This document shows positions 29,490 to 39,284 of a DNA stretch of 64,000 nt, piece after piece. The DNA is from Rikenellaceae bacterium (GTDB lineage: Bacteria > Bacteroidota > Bacteroidia > Bacteroidales > Rikenellaceae). Under the pieces are notes generated by a model that worked only from the letters and a program-made list of their open reading frames with translations, made no database searches and was not told where the DNA came from. The position numbers and the translations under genes are program-made. Within the stretch, counting starts at the first letter, position 1. Each line of letters begins with the position of its first letter. Where the stretch lies: NCBI GenBank assembly GCA_044433515.1, contig JAWXTN010000001.1:45280-109279 (forward strand). The letters run 5' to 3'.

Positions 29490-29807
29490 ATGATTCTAAC
29501 AACAACTCCTCAAATCGAGGGAAAACCTATCGCAGAATACATAGCAGTTGTATCTGGCGAAGCAATTATTGGCGCAAACGCAGCCAAAGACTTTATGGCA
29601 AGTTTCCGTGACATTGTGGGCGGCCGCTCAAAATCTTACGAGAAGGTTATCCGTGAGGGCAAAGAGACATCGCTCAAAGAGCTAGCAGAGAGCGCAGAGG
29701 CTCTAGGCGCAAATGGAGTAGTAGGCATTAGCTTTAGCTACGAGGCAATCGGCACAAATGGCAGTATGCTTATGGTAGCAGCCACTGGCACCGCTGTCCG
29801 CTACTAA
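29490..29807 (+). CDS. YbjQ/UPF0145 family protein
   Basis: MILTTTPQIEG, RDIVGGRSKSYE, LGANGVVG, MLMVAATGTAV. Confidence 0.92.
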   Translation: MILTTTPQIEGKPIAEYIAVVSGEAIIGANAAKDFMASFRDIVGGRSKSYEKVIREGKETSLKELAESAEALGANGVVGISFSYEAIGTNGSMLMVAATGTAVRY

Positions 29808-29840
29808 ACGTCTAGAGGCGCATAGCTCAACAGCATAAGA

Positions 29841-29879
29841 AAAGGGGAGTTCACTTAATTTAAAAGTGACTCCCCTTTT
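29841..29879. terminator. Bidirectional terminator whose left arm matches the MITE end (GGGGAGTTC)
   Basis: aaaggggagttcactt / aagtgactccccttt between convergent genes. Confidence 0.7.
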
Positions 29880-29926
29880 GGTTTATCTTCAACGGGTCTA
29901 GTTCCCTAGACCTTTATGCCCATACT

Positions 29927-31087
29927 CTAGAAAAGTTTGCGAGCACCATCCGAGATAACTACTGGATAGATTTTACAATCAACTCCAAATTTAGCCTTAT
30001 ATTTCTCAGAAACAGTAGCCACAAAGTTGTCATACTTCTCAGCCTTAACAAGGTTAATACAGCAACCGCCGAAGCCGCCACCCATAACACGTGAGCCACA
30101 AACGCCACACTCTCTAGCCACCTCGTTGATGAAGTCAAGCTCTTCGCAAGATACTTCATAAAGAACTGACATACCGATGTGAGTGCCGTACATTTTGCGA
30201 CCAGCTGTTTCGTAGTCACCAGCTTCCATAGCTACACAAGCTTCTTGAAGGCGGTCAACTTCTTGACGAGCATAAAGGGCACGGATGTAGTCCTCTTGGC
30301 TGATTTCACCGATAACTTCGTCCAACCACTCTACCTCAGCATCTCTCATAAACTCAACCTCTGGGTGTAGTTTTTGGATTGCAGCAACTGCTCTTTCGCA
30401 GCTTTCTCTTCTGCGGTTGTAAGGCGAGCCTACAAGTTCGTGTTTCACGCAGCTATCCACAAGACACACTTTATAACCGTGAGATTCTGGATCGAAGTGA
30501 ACATATTCGAACTCTCCGCTCTTACAGTCTAGTTTCATAAGGTAACCAGCTTTACCGTGCACAGAAGCGAATTGATCCATAATACCACACTTAACACCCA
30601 CGTAGTTGTGTTCAGTTGATTGACCCACCTTTGCAAGTTCCATACTGTCGAAACCTAGTGTCAACATATCGTTAAGAGCGAAAGCGAAAGTACTTTCAAG
30701 AGCAGCCGACGAACTCATACCTGCGCCTAGAGGCACATCACCAGAGAAAACTGTATCGAAACCGCCAGTGATAACTGCACCACGTTTTTGCATTTCACGT
30801 ACAACACCGAAGATATACTTAGCCCAACCTTCTTTTGGACAATCCTCGTCACTTACGATTGCAAATTCAGTACTCTCGTTTAGGTCAAGAGCAAAAGCAC
30901 GCACTTTGTCAGTACCGTTGAATTTGATTTCTGCAACCATACCTTTGTCCACTGCACCTGGAAGAACGAAACCACCGTTATAGTCAGTGTGCTCACCGAT
31001 AATGTTGATACGTCCTGGAGAAGCATATACTGAACCAGCCTCGCCATAAAGTTCGCTAAATTTAGCTCTAATTTCTGTAATATTCAT
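29927..31087 (-). CDS. galK: Galactokinase
   Basis: PGRINIIGEHTDYN, PLGAGMSSSAA, CGIMDQ, GSRVMGGGFGG. Confidence 0.95.
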   Translation of the reverse strand: MNITEIRAKFSELYGEAGSVYASPGRINIIGEHTDYNGGFVLPGAVDKGMVAEIKFNGTDKVRAFALDLNESTEFAIVSDEDCPKEGWAKYIFGVVREMQKRGAVITGGFDTVFSGDVPLGAGMSSSAALESTFAFALNDMLTLGFDSMELAKVGQSTEHNYVGVKCGIMDQFASVHGKAGYLMKLDCKSGEFEYVHFDPESHGYKVCLVDSCVKHELVGSPYNRRRESCERAVAAIQKLHPEVEFMRDAEVEWLDEVIGEISQEDYIRALYARQEVDRLQEACVAMEAGDYETAGRKMYGTHIGMSVLYEVSCEELDFINEVARECGVCGSRVMGGGFGGCCINLVKAEKYDNFVATVSEKYKAKFGVDCKIYPVVISDGARKLF

Positions 31088-31174
31088 TTTTGTAATATTT
31101 ATTTGGATTTTTTATCTGAGGGGGAACTTTTAGATACCCCCTCACATTTGATTAATTAATTTTCTTAGAATTTT

Positions 31175-32470
31175 TTAGTCAACAGGAATATCCTTGTTAA
31201 CGTTTTTGCTACCTACCAAAGCGTAGAACAACATATACACTAGACCTGCAACGATTACCCAGTAGCTCGAAATAAAGCCTGCCATATCGGCAACTTGACC
31301 TTGGATAAGTGGAAGGATACCACCGCCACAAACCATAACCATAAAGAAGCCTGAGCCCATAGCAGTATATTTCTTGCCAAGTCCTTCAACTGCAAGGTTG
31401 AAGATACCGCCCCACATAACCGAAGTACAAAGACCACAGACAACAAACAGAAGAACGCTAGCAGGCACTTGAGCCATACCAAACGAAATATCTGATTGGA
31501 ACACTGGCATAGAGACCATAGTGTCAGTAGGAATAAAGATACCAAGTGTAACAAGGATAGCAGCAAGAGCCGACACAGCCGAAATCATAGCCTTAGGCGA
31601 AGCTACACCTGCAATAAAACCGCCAGAGATACGACCAATCATCATCAAGAACCAGTAAGTACCCACAACAGCACCAGCAGTTGTAGCGTCAATACCAAGT
31701 CCACCACCAGCAGCACCCTCTGTCATAAATAGATTGATAAAGTTAGGAATACCTACTTCAACACCCACATACACAAAGATAGCGATAGCACCAAGTGTAA
31801 AGTGACGGAACGACCAAGGAGAATATTTGTCTTTAACCTTAACAGCGTTAGGGTCACGTTTTTCCATATGAGGCTCTGGGATTCTAACTGCAAGAAGCAC
31901 AAGGAATGCAAGAGCGAAGATACCCATAGCGATAAATAGCGCAGGGTTAGCGTCAGCGATAGAAGCCTTTTCGATATTGCTACCGATAAGGTAACCCACA
32001 AACACAGGAATAATTGTAGCAGAAAGAGAGTTCAAAGAACCACCGAATTGCATCAACTGGTTACCAGTTTTGCCACCGCCACCAAGTGTGTTAAGCATAG
32101 GGTTAACAACTGTGTTAAGCATACACATAGAGAAACCTGCAACGAATGCACCTAGAAGATACACTGCGAAGCTCTCAGTAACGCCCGAAAGGTACATAAA
32201 GCCTACACCAATAAAGCCAACTGCAATAGCAGTAAGAGCTGTCATTTTGTAGCCTTTTCTCTTAAGCATAATACCTGCTGGAATACCCAAGAAGGCATAA
32301 GCAATAAAGTTTGCAAAGTTACCTAGCTGAGACATAAAGTTACTTGCCTCGAACTGAGTTTTAACGATAACCCCCATAGGGTTCGAAAGTCCTGTCACGA
32401 ATGATATCATCGCAAAGAGTGCGAACATCATAATGATAGGCAGAACATTGTTTTGTTTTGACTGTGTCAT
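31175..32470 (-). CDS. MFS sugar transporter (FucP/GluP-like, probably galactose)
   Basis: About 12 hydrophobic segments; YVGVEV and SVMW motifs; lies between galM and galK. Confidence 0.85.
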   Translation of the reverse strand: MTQSKQNNVLPIIMMFALFAMISFVTGLSNPMGVIVKTQFEASNFMSQLGNFANFIAYAFLGIPAGIMLKRKGYKMTALTAIAVGFIGVGFMYLSGVTESFAVYLLGAFVAGFSMCMLNTVVNPMLNTLGGGGKTGNQLMQFGGSLNSLSATIIPVFVGYLIGSNIEKASIADANPALFIAMGIFALAFLVLLAVRIPEPHMEKRDPNAVKVKDKYSPWSFRHFTLGAIAIFVYVGVEVGIPNFINLFMTEGAAGGGLGIDATTAGAVVGTYWFLMMIGRISGGFIAGVASPKAMISAVSALAAILVTLGIFIPTDTMVSMPVFQSDISFGMAQVPASVLLFVVCGLCTSVMWGGIFNLAVEGLGKKYTAMGSGFFMVMVCGGGILPLIQGQVADMAGFISSYWVIVAGLVYMLFYALVGSKNVNKDIPVD

Positions 32471-32542
32471 TTTTTTTGATTAGGTTTTTAGTTAGGAGTC
32501 AAATGACTATTATCTGACTCCCTTTTATTTAAAGTTATTTTA

Positions 32543-33592
32543 TTACTCAGCCGAGAAGGTATAGATAATAGCGTGTTCGAAAACTTCACCTGCCTTAAGA
32601 GTGGTCGACGGGAACTCTGGTTTGTTAGGTGAGTCTGGGAAGAATTGACACTCTAGTGCCACACCTGTATAGTCTTCGTACTCTGTCCCGCTTTTACTCA
32701 CTGGGCAACCGCTTAACCAGTTACCAGTATAGATTTGGATACCTGGAAGCGAAGTAGCGACAGTCATTGTGCGACCGCTCTTTTCACCTTTAAGTTCCCC
32801 TGCAATAGCGATTTTAGAACCTTCTTCGTACTCGTCAATAACCCAGCAGTGGTCATAACCCTTACCGATTTTTAGAGCTTCGAAATCTTCGTTCATACGC
32901 TCACCGATTACACGGCCGCCAAGGAAGTCCATAGGAGTACCCTCAACATCTGCATACTCACCCGTTGGGATTTGAGTAGTGTCAGTTGGCAACCATTTGT
33001 GTGCATTAAGCGTTAGGGTGTGACCTTTGATAGAGCCAGCATCGTGTCCGTCAAGGTTAAAGTAAGCGTGATTTGTAAGGCTCACAACAGTATCAGCCGT
33101 ACTACGAGCAAAGTATGTGATAGCCAAATTAGCGTCATCATCCCAGTCATAACAAACCTCCACGGTAAGTTCACCTGGATAACCCTCTTCGCCGTCCTCG
33201 CTCAGGTAGCTAAATACTACTCTATCGCCTTCGACTCTTGCGCCCCATACTCTATTACAGAATCCTGTTGGGCCACCGTGAAGTGCGTTAGGGCCATTAT
33301 TAATAGCTAGTCTATAATCTACATCGTTCAAAGTGAACTTGCCCTTTGCAATACGGTTAGCGTATCTACCCACGCTCTTACCCATACAAGGACCATCACT
33401 CATATAGTCAGCAGCCTTGCCATAGCCTAGAGCCACATCGCCCAAATTACCGTCCTTGTCAAGCACATTAACCGCAACGATTCCCCCACCAAAGTTACTA
33501 AGCACAACGCTCTCGCCCTTGGCATTTGTCATTGTATAACGAACGATAGGCTTATCATCTATCATTCCCCAAATTTCTTGTGTAATATCCAT
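32543..33592 (-). CDS. galM: Aldose 1-epimerase
   Basis: GRYANRI, LHGG, EEGYPG, TNHAYFNL, GYDH, QIYTGN, LECQ. Confidence 0.95.
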   Translation of the reverse strand: MDITQEIWGMIDDKPIVRYTMTNAKGESVVLSNFGGGIVAVNVLDKDGNLGDVALGYGKAADYMSDGPCMGKSVGRYANRIAKGKFTLNDVDYRLAINNGPNALHGGPTGFCNRVWGARVEGDRVVFSYLSEDGEEGYPGELTVEVCYDWDDDANLAITYFARSTADTVVSLTNHAYFNLDGHDAGSIKGHTLTLNAHKWLPTDTTQIPTGEYADVEGTPMDFLGGRVIGERMNEDFEALKIGKGYDHCWVIDEYEEGSKIAIAGELKGEKSGRTMTVATSLPGIQIYTGNWLSGCPVSKSGTEYEDYTGVALECQFFPDSPNKPEFPSTTLKAGEVFEHAIIYTFSAE

Positions 33593-33612
33593 TGATTCTT
33601 TTGATTAAAAAA

Positions 33613-34521
33613 TTATTTCCATAGAGGAGTTGGATAAACACCATCAGCTGTAAGCTTAGCTACTCTTTCAACAGTTGCAGGTCTATCTTCGATATATGTT
33701 ACACCGAACCAGTCAGAAGTAGTCTTAAGCACCTTCATCTTAGCAGTCTTATTTTCCAAAAGAGAGTTAACCACTAGAGGAATAAAGAATTCCGCTTTAG
33801 GGTTTACTTTAGCTTGAGTATCTAGGAAAGCTTTGAATAGCTCTTCGCTGTGTTCAAAGATATCTGGAGTAAAGCCAAATAGGTTCATCGAAACAAGAGC
33901 ATCTTCTGCAAGAGGAGTAGTACCTTCGTCTTCGATATAAACGATTTGTCCGTTTTGGCGTTCGATTTTAGTTCTCTCCACCATAGAAGAAAGTTGAGAG
34001 CATCTACCGATTTGGCAAACGCCACGGCTAACTGTACCGTTCTCAGACAACGTTTTATTAACTTCGTAGCCAACCATTGTGTACTGACCTTTTTTGCCGT
34101 CAAGTTTCGCTAGGTATTCACCGATAACTTTAAGGGCATTTTCGCCATAGAAGTCGTCAGCGTTAACAACTGCGAAAGGTTCATTAACGACCTCTTTAGC
34201 CATCATAACAGCGTGTGCAGTGCCCCAAGGTTTTTCTCTACCCTCTGGGATAGAGTAACCCTCTGGAAGTTTGTCAAGCTCTTGCATAACATACTCCACC
34301 TCGATTTGATTATTGAATCTCTCTGCGTTAAAGAAGTTTTTGAATTGTTCTTCGATAGTTCCACGAATAACAAAGACTACTTTACCAAATCCTGCACGCA
34401 TAGCGTCAAAAATAGTAAAGTCGATGATTGCCTCTTTACAAGGTCCAATACCGTCCATCTGCTTCAATGAGCCATATCTAGAGCCCATTCCTGCAGCCAA
34501 AATAAGAAGTGTTGGTTTCAT
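33613..34521 (-). CDS. Sugar-phosphate nucleotidyltransferase
   Basis: LAAGMGSRYGSLKQ, KPWGTAHA, NADDFYG. Confidence 0.88.
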   Translation of the reverse strand: MKPTLLILAAGMGSRYGSLKQMDGIGPCKEAIIDFTIFDAMRAGFGKVVFVIRGTIEEQFKNFFNAERFNNQIEVEYVMQELDKLPEGYSIPEGREKPWGTAHAVMMAKEVVNEPFAVVNADDFYGENALKVIGEYLAKLDGKKGQYTMVGYEVNKTLSENGTVSRGVCQIGRCSQLSSMVERTKIERQNGQIVYIEDEGTTPLAEDALVSMNLFGFTPDIFEHSEELFKAFLDTQAKVNPKAEFFIPLVVNSLLENKTAKMKVLKTTSDWFGVTYIEDRPATVERVAKLTADGVYPTPLWK

Positions 34522-34598
34522 AAAATGATATTATTGATTATTGATTTAAAGTTATCTTCTGCTATACAAATATAAAAAAAATATTTTACCTTTGCATA

Positions 34599-35471
34599 AT
34601 GAAACAAAATAAATTTTTAAAATATTTTACAGGCAGGCTAAAACTTTCGGCTCGCAGGGTGAGCACTTCGCAGGAAGTTTGGCATATCTTCATTTCACGT
34701 GGTAGTTTAATAATAACCTCTTTAGTGTTATTTGTCGCACTATTTTTTGGAATTTTTTTCTTAATTATATACACTCCAAGTTTGATTGACCACATCCCTG
34801 GATACTTAGGGCGTGAGTCTAAGGAAAAGATGATTTCGTCTTTGCTAAAGCTTGATTCATTGGAGCGTGAGGTTACACGTTGGGAGGAGTACACAACGAC
34901 ACTACGTTCTATACTAGACGGCAAGAAGCTCGAAAGCATTGTTATGGTAGACGGCATAAGCGACTCTTTGCAGGGTAGCACTAAATCGAAGACAACAGAG
35001 CGCACAATCGAGGATTCACTTTTGCGTTTTTCGGTAGAGCAAAGTACTATTGAGAGCGAAGCCACAAGACGAGACAAGACTCTTTCTTTTTCGATGATTG
35101 CGCCAGTAGAGGGTGTAGTGACCTCTGGTTTCTCATCAGCCGAGGGGGTACTAGGGGTTGTCGTAAAGCCTAAGGCATCCTCTGTGGTACTATCTGTAAT
35201 GGACGGCACGGTAATTTTCAGCGATTGGACTCCGTCGGAAGGATATGTAGTAGTAGTTCAGCACGCTGCTGCAATGATGAGTGTCTATAAGAAACTTTCT
35301 CAGAGCCTCAAATCACAGGGCAATCGTATAAAAGCGGGCGAGAGCCTAGGCATAAGCCAAGGCATTAAAGATGGAGCATCTCCAGAGTTCGAGTTCGAGC
35401 TATGGAACGAGGGCAACGCCATTGACCCAGAGAACTACATCACCTTCACTGCACCTGAGACAACACTATAA
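34599..35471 (+). CDS. Membrane-anchored M23/LytM-domain protein lacking Zn ligands
   Basis: N-terminal TM and coiled coil; LytM fold APVEG, DGTV, GYVVVVQH, IDPENY; HxxxD and HxH are absent. Confidence 0.75.
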   Translation: MKQNKFLKYFTGRLKLSARRVSTSQEVWHIFISRGSLIITSLVLFVALFFGIFFLIIYTPSLIDHIPGYLGRESKEKMISSLLKLDSLEREVTRWEEYTTTLRSILDGKKLESIVMVDGISDSLQGSTKSKTTERTIEDSLLRFSVEQSTIESEATRRDKTLSFSMIAPVEGVVTSGFSSAEGVLGVVVKPKASSVVLSVMDGTVIFSDWTPSEGYVVVVQHAAAMMSVYKKLSQSLKSQGNRIKAGESLGISQGIKDGASPEFEFELWNEGNAIDPENYITFTAPETTL

Positions 35472-35537
35472 TAATTCCTAAAAGTTATAGGGAACGACTT
35501 ATATTCTCTACATATAGAGTTATACAAACACATATAA

Positions 35538-35577
35538 GAGAGGGGAGCTATCGAAAATAAGTCATAGCTCCCCTCTC
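35538..35577. terminator. Terminator hairpin between convergent genes
   Basis: gagaggggagcta / tagctcccctctc. Confidence 0.7.
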
Positions 35578-35659
35578 CTACTTATTAGTATAGAGAGGGT
35601 TCTTATCCCTCCTATAAAATTATTCTTACAAAGGAGTTCTAGAAACTCCCCCCTAAACC

Positions 35660-37042
35660 TTATTTCTTCAATATCTCATTAACGAACAACTGAGCCAACT
35701 CATCAGCTTCGCTTTGCGTGTGTGCTTCTGAGTAGATTCTAACGATAGGTTCAGTATTAGATTTACGAAGGTGCACCCAGCCCTCTGGCATATCTACCTT
35801 CACACCGTCAATTGTCGTAACGTCATACTCTTTATATTTGTCCGCTAGAGTTTCGAGCAGAGCGTCTACATCTATATCAGGTGTTAGCTGCGCTTTATTT
35901 TTGCTCATAAAGTATTGTGGGTATGTTTTCCTTAGTTCGCTCATAGTACAACCCTTCTCTGTGAAGTAAGTAAGGAATAGTGCCACCCCTACAAGGGCAT
36001 CACGACCGTAGTGCAGTTCTGGATAGATAATACCTCCATTACCTTCGCCACCGATAACTGCGCCCACTTCCTTCATTTTAGCCACAACGTTCACTTCGCC
36101 AACTGCTGCTGCGCTATATTCTGAGCCATAGCCACGAGTCAAGTCTCTAAGTGCTCTCGATGAGCTTAGGTTCGATACAGTAGCACCGCCTCCCAGCTTC
36201 GAAAGAATATAATCCGCCACTGCCACAAGGGTATATTCTTCACCAAACATCTCGCCGTCTTCGCTAATAAACGCCAAGCGGTCAACGTCAGGGTCGACAA
36301 CAACGCCCAAATCTGCGCCACACTCCTTGACCTTTGCAGAGATTTCTGTCAAGTGCTCCTTAAGAGGTTCAGGGTTATGAGCAAATTGCCCATCTGCCAC
36401 ACAGTTCAGCTCGACAACCTCGCAGCCCATCTGACGAAGCAGCTCAGGGATAACAATACCTCCAACAGAGTTAACAGCATCTACCACTACCTTAAAGCCA
36501 CGAGCCTTTACAGCCTCTACATCTACAAGCGGCAACGCCAATACCATCTCGATATGCCTAGCATTAAAGTCTAGCTGTTCTACACCGCCAAGGAAGTCGA
36601 CCTCCGCAAAAGAGAACTCCTCTGCGCTAGCCATATCCAATACCTTTTTCCCTTGCACAGCATTTAGAAACTCACCATTAGAGCCTAGAAGTTTCAGAGC
36701 GTTCCACTGTTTTGGGTTATGCGAAGCGGTAAGGATAATCCCTCCGTCTGCGCCAAGCTCAGTCACAGCCACCTCCACAGTTGGAGTAGTCGCAAGGTCG
36801 ATATCCACTACATCAACGCCACATCCCTGCAATACACCACAAACTATGCTCTTGCACATAGCTCCCGATATACGAGCATCCCTGCCCACTACAATTTTAG
36901 TGGGTCCTTCACCCTTCTTCTCAGAAGAGATATACGAAGCGAAAGATGCCGTAAAACGAGCCAGGTCAATAGGAGTAAGGTTTTCTCCGACCTCTCCACC
37001 GATAGTCCCACGAATACCAGAGATAGATTTTATAAGTGCCAT
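35660..37042 (-). CDS. glmM: Phosphoglucosamine mutase
   Basis: SISGIRG, TASHNP, DPDVDR, GGEGNGG, RKSNTEP. Confidence 0.88.
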   Translation of the reverse strand: MALIKSISGIRGTIGGEVGENLTPIDLARFTASFASYISSEKKGEGPTKIVVGRDARISGAMCKSIVCGVLQGCGVDVVDIDLATTPTVEVAVTELGADGGIILTASHNPKQWNALKLLGSNGEFLNAVQGKKVLDMASAEEFSFAEVDFLGGVEQLDFNARHIEMVLALPLVDVEAVKARGFKVVVDAVNSVGGIVIPELLRQMGCEVVELNCVADGQFAHNPEPLKEHLTEISAKVKECGADLGVVVDPDVDRLAFISEDGEMFGEEYTLVAVADYILSKLGGGATVSNLSSSRALRDLTRGYGSEYSAAAVGEVNVVAKMKEVGAVIGGEGNGGIIYPELHYGRDALVGVALFLTYFTEKGCTMSELRKTYPQYFMSKNKAQLTPDIDVDALLETLADKYKEYDVTTIDGVKVDMPEGWVHLRKSNTEPIVRIYSEAHTQSEADELAQLFVNEILKK

Positions 37043-37174
37043 ATTTTTTTTTAAAATTTTTAAAGTTCAGAAAATCATAGTATAAAAGGGCTTTCCGTTT
37101 ATACACAAGTGGCAACAAAGATAAGAATTTATTATCTTTGCGGCAATATAACTTTTAAAATTCATATTTATTTA

Positions 37175-38215
37175 ATGCGTAAACGTGTTTTAGTGGGGGT
37201 AAGCGGCGGTATCGACTCCACAGCCACCATTCTATTACTTCAAGAGGCTCAGTGGAATATAGAGGCTCTCTATGTAGATATGCTCGACTGCGAGATATCA
37301 CGACGTAGTGTTACTGCGCTGTGTGAACGCCTTGGTGTGAAATTACATATTGCGCCTGTCTCTACCCTTTTCGAGAGCGAGGTTGTTACCAAAGTTATCG
37401 AGAGTCACAAACAAGGACAAACACCCTCACCCTGCACACTGTGCAATCCTGCGGTAAAATTTGCTACGCTCAAAGAGTATGCCGATAGACTCGATATAGA
37501 ATATATCGCAACAGGTCACTATATAAACATAGAGGAGCAAGACTCTTGGTACTATGTCGCAAAGGGCTTAGACCCCATTAAAGACCAGTCCTACTATCTC
37601 TATAACCTCGGACAAGACATACTGAGCAGAACACTCACACCCCTTGGAGTCTACACAAAGCAGAGTGTACGTGCAATGCTTCTAGAGAGAGGATACACGG
37701 AACTTGCCACAGGCTCAGAGAGCCAGGGCGTATGCTTTGCCAAGCGAGGTTATCGAGAGTTTCTTGAAGAAAACCTAAAGCCCTGCGAAGGGGAGGTAAT
37801 AGATTCTTATGGCAAGAAGATAGGCACGCATAGCGGATACTCTCTCTATACTATCGGTCAAAAGAGAGGCTTTACGCTACTAGAGCCACAAGAGAGCGCA
37901 CTAGAGGTCATATCAACAGACCCACATAGAAACACCATAACGGTAGGCTCACCGCTACTGACGAGCGAAATCGAACTAAAAGAAGCGTGGTTTCACCCAT
38001 ATAGCTCCATAGAACCCATAACAGCCCAAATAAGAGGACTAGGGCGCAACCCACCCCAAGCAGTGGAAGTAAAGCAAACATCTCCCACAACGCTCAAAAC
38101 GACCCTTACAGAGACTCTAGAAGCTGAGTTATTCTGGGCACAGACTCCTGGGCAGCCAGCCATACTTTTACAAGGCACGAGAGTTATAGGCGGAGGTGTA
38201 CTATACGAACAATAA
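37175..38215 (+). CDS. mnmA: tRNA 2-thiouridylase MnmA
   Basis: SGGIDS, PSPCTLCN, ATGHY, KDQSY, ESQGVCF, YTIGQKRG, TPGQ; start reassigned to ATG 37175. Confidence 0.9.
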   Translation: MRKRVLVGVSGGIDSTATILLLQEAQWNIEALYVDMLDCEISRRSVTALCERLGVKLHIAPVSTLFESEVVTKVIESHKQGQTPSPCTLCNPAVKFATLKEYADRLDIEYIATGHYINIEEQDSWYYVAKGLDPIKDQSYYLYNLGQDILSRTLTPLGVYTKQSVRAMLLERGYTELATGSESQGVCFAKRGYREFLEENLKPCEGEVIDSYGKKIGTHSGYSLYTIGQKRGFTLLEPQESALEVISTDPHRNTITVGSPLLTSEIELKEAWFHPYSSIEPITAQIRGLGRNPPQAVEVKQTSPTTLKTTLTETLEAELFWAQTPGQPAILLQGTRVIGGGVLYEQ

Positions 38216-38246
38216 AAATAGAGGAACTAACAATGAAATAACATTG

Positions 38247-38292
38247 ACGGCTTATTCATATCATAGGATAACTTTTGATATGAATAAGCCGC
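38247..38292. terminator. Hairpin between convergent mnmA and tRNA genes
   Basis: cggcttattcatatca / tgatatgaataagccg inverted repeat. Confidence 0.7.
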
Positions 38293-38312
38293 TTTCTTTT
38301 GTTCCTTAAATG

Positions 38313-38397
38313 TACTCTGGGCGGGACTTGAACCCGCACGAACATTACTGCTCAAAGGATTTTAAGTCCTTCGTGTCTACCATTCCACCACCAGAGC
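38313..38397 (-). tRNA. tRNA-Leu(TAA)
   Basis: Reverse complement GCTCTGGTGGTGGAATGGTAGACACGAAGGACTTAAAATCCTT..GGTTCAAGTCC..CCAGAGTA; long variable arm. Confidence 0.95.
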
Positions 38398-38457
38398 TCC
38401 GTACTTGTTTTAAAAAGAAAAAAGGAGGAGCTACTCTTAGCTCGCTCCTTTTTTTTG

Positions 38458-38530
38458 AGCGGAAAACGAGACTCGAACTCGCGACCCCAACCTTGGCAAG
38501 GTTGTGCTCTACCAACTGAGCTATTTCCGC
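38458..38530 (-). tRNA. tRNA-Gly(GCC)
   Basis: Reverse complement GCGGAAATAGCTCAGTTGGTAGAGCACAACCTTGCCAAGGTTGGGGTCGCGAGTTCGAGTCTCGTTTTCCGCT. Confidence 0.97.
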
Positions 38531-38612
38531 AATATGTTTCTCTAACCTTCGCCTCTCTTTACTTCGCCTCTCTTGGCGTAACCGTTAAGTAGGTTGGTTT
38601 GTTAAAGTGATG

Positions 38613-38643
38613 CAAAGGTAGTGCTTTTTTTTATATCTGCAAA
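38613..38643 (-). promoter_or_regulatory. Promoter of the tRNA-Gly/tRNA-Leu operon
   Basis: Minus strand TTTG-N19-TACCTTTG matches the Bacteroidetes -33/-7 consensus. Confidence 0.7.
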
Positions 38644-38734
38644 TTTTTTACGAAAAAAAATGCGAAAATTTTTAACTTTTTTTTGAGCGTGGCAATGTTT
38701 TTGAGGCTACCCGACTACTTAAATTACTGAAACT

Positions 38735-39196
38735 ATGAACGAAATAACTATCAAATACAACCTCGACAAACCCCTCGAAATTTTCGAAAAAAATTCCCCA
38801 CTCCCCTTTTGCATAAAAACAAGCAAAAACGCCCCTGAAGGCTCTCAAAACGTCAAACCCAAAACTCTGCTACTCACTGCGCTGGGAGGCTGTACTGCGC
38901 TCGATATTGTGGCTCTTCTGAGAAAAATGCGCCTCGAAATAAAAAATTTCGAAATCAAGACCTCTGCTACACTTTCAGAGTCGACACCTAGTGTATATAC
39001 CGAATTTAGAATCTGCTACTGTTTCAATATCGAGGGACTCCCTAGCTTCGAAACGAAAAAGAAACTGAAAAAAATTGTAGAACTCAGCCAAGAACAATAC
39101 TGCTCACTGAGCCAAATGCTAAGAAAAGTAGCACCCATAAAATACGCCATAACTATTAACGGACACGGTATAGAGACCTGCGCCTGTAAATTCTAA
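38735..39196 (+). CDS. OsmC/Ohr family protein
   Basis: PKTLLLTALGGCTALD and LSQEQYCSLS two-Cys motif. Confidence 0.85.
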   Translation: MNEITIKYNLDKPLEIFEKNSPLPFCIKTSKNAPEGSQNVKPKTLLLTALGGCTALDIVALLRKMRLEIKNFEIKTSATLSESTPSVYTEFRICYCFNIEGLPSFETKKKLKKIVELSQEQYCSLSQMLRKVAPIKYAITINGHGIETCACKF

Positions 39197-39284
39197 AGAA
39201 AGGCTTCTAAAAAAAAGGGGAGTCTCATTTATAAAAAAAAACTCTCCCCTCATCTTTAAATATATTCTCTCTATTGCCGCCCTC

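Noticed and set aside
38220-38312. Integrated element at the tRNA-Leu 3' end
   Set aside because: No integrase and no duplicated tRNA 3' end; mnmA is directly adjacent.
38310-38519. 69-aa ORF
   Set aside because: Antisense to the two tRNA genes.
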